NCBI RefSeq assembly: GCF_000150275.1
Contig: NW_002060947.1
Location: 4,932,267-4,996,266, forward strand
Length of the DNA stretch: 64,000 bases
DNA from: Trichoplax adhaerens
Taxonomy: Eukaryota > Animalia > Placozoa
Direction: 5' to 3'
The notes under the pieces are model-generated. The model saw nothing but the letters and a program-made list of their open reading frames with translations, had not been told where the DNA came from and made no database searches. Within the stretch, counting starts at the first letter, position 1. Each line of letters starts with the position of its first letter. The translations under genes and the position numbers were made by a program. Shown here piece after piece: positions 57,739 to 64,000 of this stretch.

Positions 57739-58429
57739 CCAATGAGGGCATCCATCTTTAGCCGTTTGAATATTAGTGCACCAAAGAAGTCATGCTTTGG
57801 AATATTAATATTCAAGGGTTCGTCCAATTATTTCTAGCTGCCTGCAATTCAAATTAAAGTCTAGCATCCATTTAAGCAGTTTTCTTGTCGATTACATTCA
57901 AAAATCGAGCAGCGTCCGTAGTATCCCAACGACAGTACTGAATAACGTGATAGTGATATTCAACTCAACTTTACAAGACCTACTAGCTTCATTCTCAACC
58001 CTTCAATGCCACCAATATAAAAGCATGATAATACAGTAATCATGGAAATACACCAAATTGGTATCTAGTTGATTCTCCATTTACGGCAGTGGTAGATATA
58101 GAGTTGAGGCATAGATTGCTTTGAAGTGTTGATTCGATTAAATCGATAACGACTGGTAGCTCATCAAGACCTCTCTGCACTCACTCAACAAGGTCATCCA
58201 TCAATCCATCTACTGTACTGTACAATGCTGAACTTTATTTTCAACTTACATAAGCTCATTTTGCTTCCTTGCTCGCTCTTCTTTGGCAAATGATAATATA
58301 ATTGTTTGCAATGTCTGATCAGCCTGATAGCTTGCCCCTTGGGTTAGGTGGAATCGTGTCGTGACTTACTATATGAACTTGAATCGATTGGTGTTCTAAA
58401 GGCGTGGCTGGATTTGACATATAGTAAGA

Positions 58430-58630
58430 TCAAATCGTGGTTGACCGCCCGCCATTGGTCAGCGATTGTTGAACACAAACACGCACTACAGGGTCACGCA
58501 GTGCTGACGTACCGTAATCAGGGACCATCTGACTGTCCCCGCTGTCCGTCTTTTGCATCGAAGAGCCAAATGCCTACAGTCTGCAGTAAGTTGACTTTGT
58601 GTTGTACTGTACTGTACACTGTATAATGTA
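58430..58630. promoter_or_regulatory. Probable promoter upstream of CPOX, possibly bidirectional
   Basis: Locally GC/CpG-richer segment with ccgcccgccattgg (GC-box-like plus inverted CCAAT), tgacgt, and the gtactgtactgtacactgta 20-mer at 58604-58623. Confidence 0.4.
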
Positions 58631-58749
58631 CAGCAGTGGTCTGTCCGAGTTCCTCCATTTTAACCTTTTAAAACATGGCGATTTGAGCACATTTTCAACG
58701 CGTACAATTTTCCACCATTGTCGTCCATATTGGTTTTGTACAGTATGGT

Positions 58750-59970
58750 ATCCAGTTTCACTCTTATCAGTGATACTGCATAATGGCCGGGAAATGATAA
58801 GCTTCTACATTTGTTTGGCCTAGTACGGTCACTTTAAGTCCATCTCTCTTTCTTGTCAGTATTGTCATGGACTACTGTACCGTAGACCAACCGAAAATAT
58901 TTCAATACTACCATGGACTTCTGTATGTACTTGGCTTGGTCTTCTTCTACAGCAGTAGTCCAAGACACTACTTACAATCTATCATCACCCCCATTGCTGC
59001 TGATACTTAAATTATCCAATTAAAATAAATTGGATATGATAGTGTAATAGTTGAAGTATCAGCAGCGATGGGGTAGTGACAGATAAGGCATCCGTTATTT
59101 TGAAAAATGACGGATTTCGCAAATTGCCGGTAGCTGTATGTTAGCGGTCCGGTTTAGAGTATAGCATACAACATCTTGTTCGACATTAAACATTGTACGA
59201 TACGGTACAGTATTATACGCAAAATAAGCGCAACCCTATGAGGATTAGTGAAGCTTTCATTCAATTTAATTCTTTCTATAAAGATGGACATGCTAATTAC
59301 TAATTATGATTGCTTCCATAATTAATTTTTACGAGTAGATCATAATCATTTCTCAATGCACTATCAATTATATGCGTATTATTTTAATCTAAATAAGATA
59401 ATGGGCTGATGATGCATAGTAATACTGCTTAGCCCGGAGCGACTACTGCCGGCGAATGCAATTCGCTCGGCCTTTTACACCACCCCCACTCATTTGTAGG
59501 GCATACTAACAAATTGCTCCTTCCACAAATTGTATAAGTTACTATAGGGAATTACTCTCAGACAATTAACAAGACTTAGTATGAGCTTGGATAGTAAACA
59601 ACACTAATGAAAAACAACCAATTATGGTGCCAATCAGCGAGCCTGAGCTCAGCACCAATACAAATAATTAATTATTGGAGCAGTGCGCTCCCATAAGCTA
59701 ATCCTATATTAAACGATATTATATCTAGCTACATATAATTAATCCTTGTTGATTGCTCCATTATAGTAAACAACCAGTACTAGTGCGTCAGTAAAGCGAC
59801 GGGAGTTTGCACTAGTATCTTCTAAATCGAATAGGTAATATTTAAAATAATAATTAGACAAATTGAAGGCGCCAATAAGGTGTAAAGTACAATGATGATC
59901 ACCCGGAGTAAAAATGGAAGAGATTAAAGACACAGCGGTTAATACACAGCTTCCAAAATTTGGTGAGATG
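58750..59970 (+). ncRNA. Candidate structured non-coding RNA, locus 2 (unassigned family)
   Basis: At least 11 successive hairpins by eye, including 58863-58967 (16-bp basal stem) and 58977-59084 (arms about 35 nt, core ccccattgctgctgatactt/aagtatcagcagcgatgggg), and a 3-way junction at 59436-59520. G-U pairs are biased to +. No credible ORF. Confidence 0.4.
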
Positions 59971-60137
59971 TAAATATATTATGATATCGTGCACTATTCT
60001 TAACCAATTTATAGCCAGAACATGAACTAATTTGGCTAATAACAGAAGTCGAGGTTTATTCAAAAGTAGGCGAGCTTGTAAATGCTATAATAATTCTATG
60101 AAGACTGATGATTTATTTTATCTAACATTCACAACAT

Positions 60138-62667
60138 TCACATCGTTGGTATCAATGTTTCTTCGCAGTCCAAAATAGCTAATTGATGCCGAATTGCATC
60201 AATTTCCCTTTTCAATTCATGGTAGTGTTTATAGCTCTAAATAAACAAAAAAAGTATTATCGTCAACGATTTCAGAAGGAGTAATAAAATTCGAAATCTT
60301 TAACTTTTAGTCATAATTAGTATAGATAATTTTGTAGTTGCTAAGCAAATAAAAATGAATATTTACCTCTTGCAATCGAGTTCTTAACAATTCTGCATTT
60401 AATTTTTTTTCTTGTCTACTCATCACAATCGAAGAGTTGTTGCTACCAGGAGAACAACCAATAGGCTCTACACTTGAATGTATTATACCTGTGGAGGCCC
60501 CTTCAGCATGTTTTCGATCAAGTTTCCATTGATAAATCTACAAAATTATATTCATTATATTTAAAATTCAATCTCACTTTAGTAAAAAGATTCGATTATG
60601 ATCAGAAATATTTCGTTTAAAGCCGTATAAATACCTTAGGAATAAAGATAAACATTAGTGTTGTTGTACTGCAGATAAATATTAATATCGCATGGAGCAC
60701 ATACAGGGTTGTTGGACTAGCTCTGACGACGAAAGAAATGATACTACCTACAGCAGCCAGTAATGTGACATTGTAGATTGAAAATCCAATAAATTTTGTA
60801 TCATTCAGCGCAGGAATAGTCACATTTCTTGTCTCGTAAGCCAAGAAACTGCCAATGAGTAATAATAAGAATTTATATCCAAAAACAATAGCCATCCAGA
60901 CCACGATCTGGTTGCAGCTGCAGTAGTATTGTAATTGTCTACTTATGGTACTTGATTCATCTTGATTGATCTATAGTTGATAATTATAGTGGTTAATAAG
61001 AAATTACTATTACTAGACTAATATCGTTTACGCTATGTGTGTTTATAACGTTTAATTCATTCCTTTGTATCGTCATTATTATCAAGTAAATGACTTCATT
61101 CAGAAAGCGTTTTCTTATGAGCTATCCTCTTATATTATGAGCCCTTAACATTTAAAGGATAATCAAGTGACTACCACACAAACTCACGAACAAATAGATG
61201 CTTAAAACATTTACTGAGTAATTACTGTGCTAATGTTGAACCATGCAAGAATGATAACTTAGATTGCAAATAAATTGATGGTTTAAAACCATATTCGATT
61301 CATGGAATAAAAGATAAGTATTCCTATTGTAAATTTAATTCACGCTCAATATCAAATAATGCGATATACTATCCATTAATTGATATATAATTAGTAATAC
61401 TGCTGTATTGAAATTTGTCTGTGCTGTAGTTCAGTCTATAAATGATAAATTTTACAAGAACAATTAAGATAGTCTAATTGCAACTAAAAGTCGTTGGTAA
61501 TTGTAAGACGAGCCTAATTTATATAATAAGTTAAGGTATACAAGAAACTCTAGTTCTTATTCTATTATTTGAAGATATTTTATTACATCAATGTAAATAT
61601 TTTTGAATGATTTTACTAGCTTTACCTGTGTTGTAATTGTAAGGTGCTTTAGCTGCATAGGGTCGATAATGGTCCAGCATAGTAAAATAATAACATCAAT
61701 GATTAATAACTGGAAAACCGTCGTCAACAAATGCCAATCTTTGATAACCTAAACGAAAAGCAGGACAAAATTTATTCAATTAACCGTATAAAGAATAAAA
61801 GGCTTATGTTTAAACTATTGTAACCATTTAAAAATATTCAATGTTTGTACAAAGGATAAATTTTGCCCTCGCTAATATATGATCTTACTACAGATTGCCT
61901 AGTTTTACAAGTAAAAATTTTATGAATTCTCCATGTTTTGGCAAATAAAGCACCAAAAGCGAAAGTAAATCCAATGCATAAGAGCCAAATTTTCACTGTA
62001 CAAAATGCTGGTACGGTGATTAAAGGAACAACTCCAGAGTCGATTCCAAACACGATTATGCTAAAATAGCAAATCAAGCATCCTATAGCGCTAACGATAT
62101 TAATACGAGGGCTGGATAATTTAATATGCCTGGAAATTTAGCATACCGATATTAATAATGGCAGATGGTACAGATTTCTTTAACCTTTTACAATAGACTA
62201 TGTTGATTATATTTGATATTGATATTTAAACTTCAAACAGATGGTGATGTAAGCTCTATAGTACATAAATTTATATGGATATTAATTTATAATGCTAAAA
62301 CGTCGTAACTACAATACCTGTCATGACGATAGTTTAGAGTAAAAGCAATTAAGCCGATGCAGAACAATATTCCTATTCCAGAGAGGATTGTAAACGCTAT
62401 TAAGGCTGGAATTGATATAGAAATAGTTTCTGTTTCGATGGAAACATGTGATACCGGTACTCGATCACCTGTTACAAGGAGAGAACGGTACAAATGCGTT
62501 GCATTATTTTGAGAGCATTTAAGCAAGTGGTATTTATTCATGAATAGTAAATAGTATATTTACAGTCTTACCTAACCATTGAACTCGCTGATTTGGATCC
62601 CATTCAATTGTGTCAAGCTTCCTTTGGTAAATCCCAACTTGTACAGTATAGTTATCACTCTTATTGC
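60138..62667 (-). CDS. GABA-B receptor-like class C GPCR (7TM domain and C-terminal coiled coil); 5' exons beyond the right edge
   Basis: Seven exons give HIKLSSPRIN, WLLCIGFTFAFGALFAKTWRIH, IDVIILLCWTIIDP, GYKFLLLLIGSFLAYETRNVTIPALNDTKFIGFSIYNV, FIPK, and a heptad-like tail LRTRLQESYKHYHELKREIDAIRHQL...IPTM*. There is no cysteine-rich domain before TM1, as in GABA-B receptors. Confidence 0.9.
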
Positions 62668-64000
62668 CTTAAAGTAAATAAAACAAAGCCAAATTGTAAT
62701 TAATATACAGTACGTCTACATAAACATTAATTATAATTATCGGTGCTTAGATAATACTATAAGACTATGTAGTTGTAACACATATAAAAGTTTGAAAAAC
62801 ATCGTAGGCAACAGTACTATCAACGAATACCAAAATAAGATATTGCTCGATAATTAAATAAATGTTAGTCTAAGATTATCACTTCGTTATAACTTAGCAT
62901 TCTTCAAATTCGACTAACGCTTTAGTAGTTTCAACCTGCTACCGAATGTTTTACTTATGAAAGACACCAAAATAATCGATAAGTAATAAATTATAACTAA
63001 ATAGAATAGGTGAAATGCGGAAAATTATATAGAGTTTGCTCCGTAAAACGGCATGCCAAACATTAACCTAGAATAATTTCTAGACGCAAAACTGTGAAGC
63101 GGTAATTAAAGTGAGTGTGCATTTGGATTTTAATATGTCATGGTACAATATCCTCAGTCATGATCACTTTAGATGCATCCACTATTATCAATTCCTGGTG
63201 TATAGGAGCCGTAATTAAATGACCTATTCGTATTTATTAAGATAAGAGCAATTTTATTATACTTCGGTTAAAATTATGAACAAAATTAATGATAGCGTTT
63301 GTGAGCCGTATTTAGATAGATGGAAGCTTAAATCTATTTGTGTATGGACAAATTCTGATAGTTTTTTTGTTAGCGGGCTATTCTACGAAATATTATTTTC
63401 TAGTTTTACTATAATATACCATATGAAAATAGACTAATTTTAGAGACTTCTGAAAGAAATATTGGAATAGCTTGACATCCTCATAATTGGATACTGGACG
63501 GAAACTTATTACCTGCTATTTACAAGTGCAATGTGCTAGTAAAATAATAACAACGGATATAATTTGCAATGTGAGGAGAATAAAAATCGTTTATTTAATT
63601 TTAAATCCTCCATAAAAATTGTTACTATATACATGCTCAGTATTTGCGACGATTACCGCATCAGAATAGTGGTCGAGTTTCTTCAAGATCGGTGAGCGTG
63701 GTGTCATATTAGTTTATTAGATCATGCTGTATATTGCATTACGTAATATGCTTATTGTAGTGAAGCCCCAAATAAGTTTAAGACTAAAATTATGGAATAC
63801 TGCGAAAATTGATAAATTGTACGCTAGGTTATAAGACTGCAAAAGTTTCTAATTATAGGAGATGTTTACGGAATGTATTGTAGTAATTGTATTGAGATGC
63901 TTATATTAAGATTCAGAGATAATAATGGATAGCTCTAATTATGTTAGTACGGTGAGATTTGTAACGCTTTAATTAGAAGTGCGAATTATGAATTGATAGC

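Noticed and set aside
57618-57837. Small hydrophobic ORF (-) and overlapping + ORF
   Set aside because: They overlap the inferred first coding exon and pyrimidine-rich intron of CPOX, and the hydrophobicity follows from T-rich intron sequence.
58341-58348. Telomerase RNA template-like CCTAACCC on - (also AACCCTA near 59232 on +)
   Set aside because: Matches are only 7-8 nt, and I could not find a U-rich/A-rich triple-helix pseudoknot or a P6.1 hairpin.
59406-59435. Hammerhead core CTGATGA (also CTGACGA near 10906)
   Set aside because: No GAAA after a stem II and no stems I/III.
59469-59480. U5 snRNA loop I motif GCCTTTTAC
   Set aside because: No flanking U5 stem and no Sm site.

Overview
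AT-rich eukaryotic genomic DNA with compact, intron-rich genes (most introns about 70-150 bp, GT-AG). Gene content and style suggest an early-branching animal, probably a placozoan such as Trichoplax; this is inference, not shown by the sequence. I could splice nine protein-coding genes by hand: WDR17 (-, runs off the left edge), TMEM185 (+), DPH3 (-), a full-length Polycomb-like PHF1/MTF2/PHF19-family gene (+), two tandem INF2-type formins with identical 16-exon structure (+), SUMF1/FGE (-), CPOX (-), and the 3' part of a GABA-B-type class C GPCR (-, runs off the right edge). I found no CRISPR array, rRNA, tRNA or transposase. The most intriguing unexplained signal is a pair of ORF-poor, hairpin-dense segments of about 1 kb (10790-11620 and 58750-59970). 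Each lies head-to-head with a minus-strand gene and downstream of an identical 20-mer. They share sequence in two consecutive hairpins and favour G-U pairs on the + strand, making them a candidate structured ncRNA family. All structures and alignments were read by eye and need computational confirmation.
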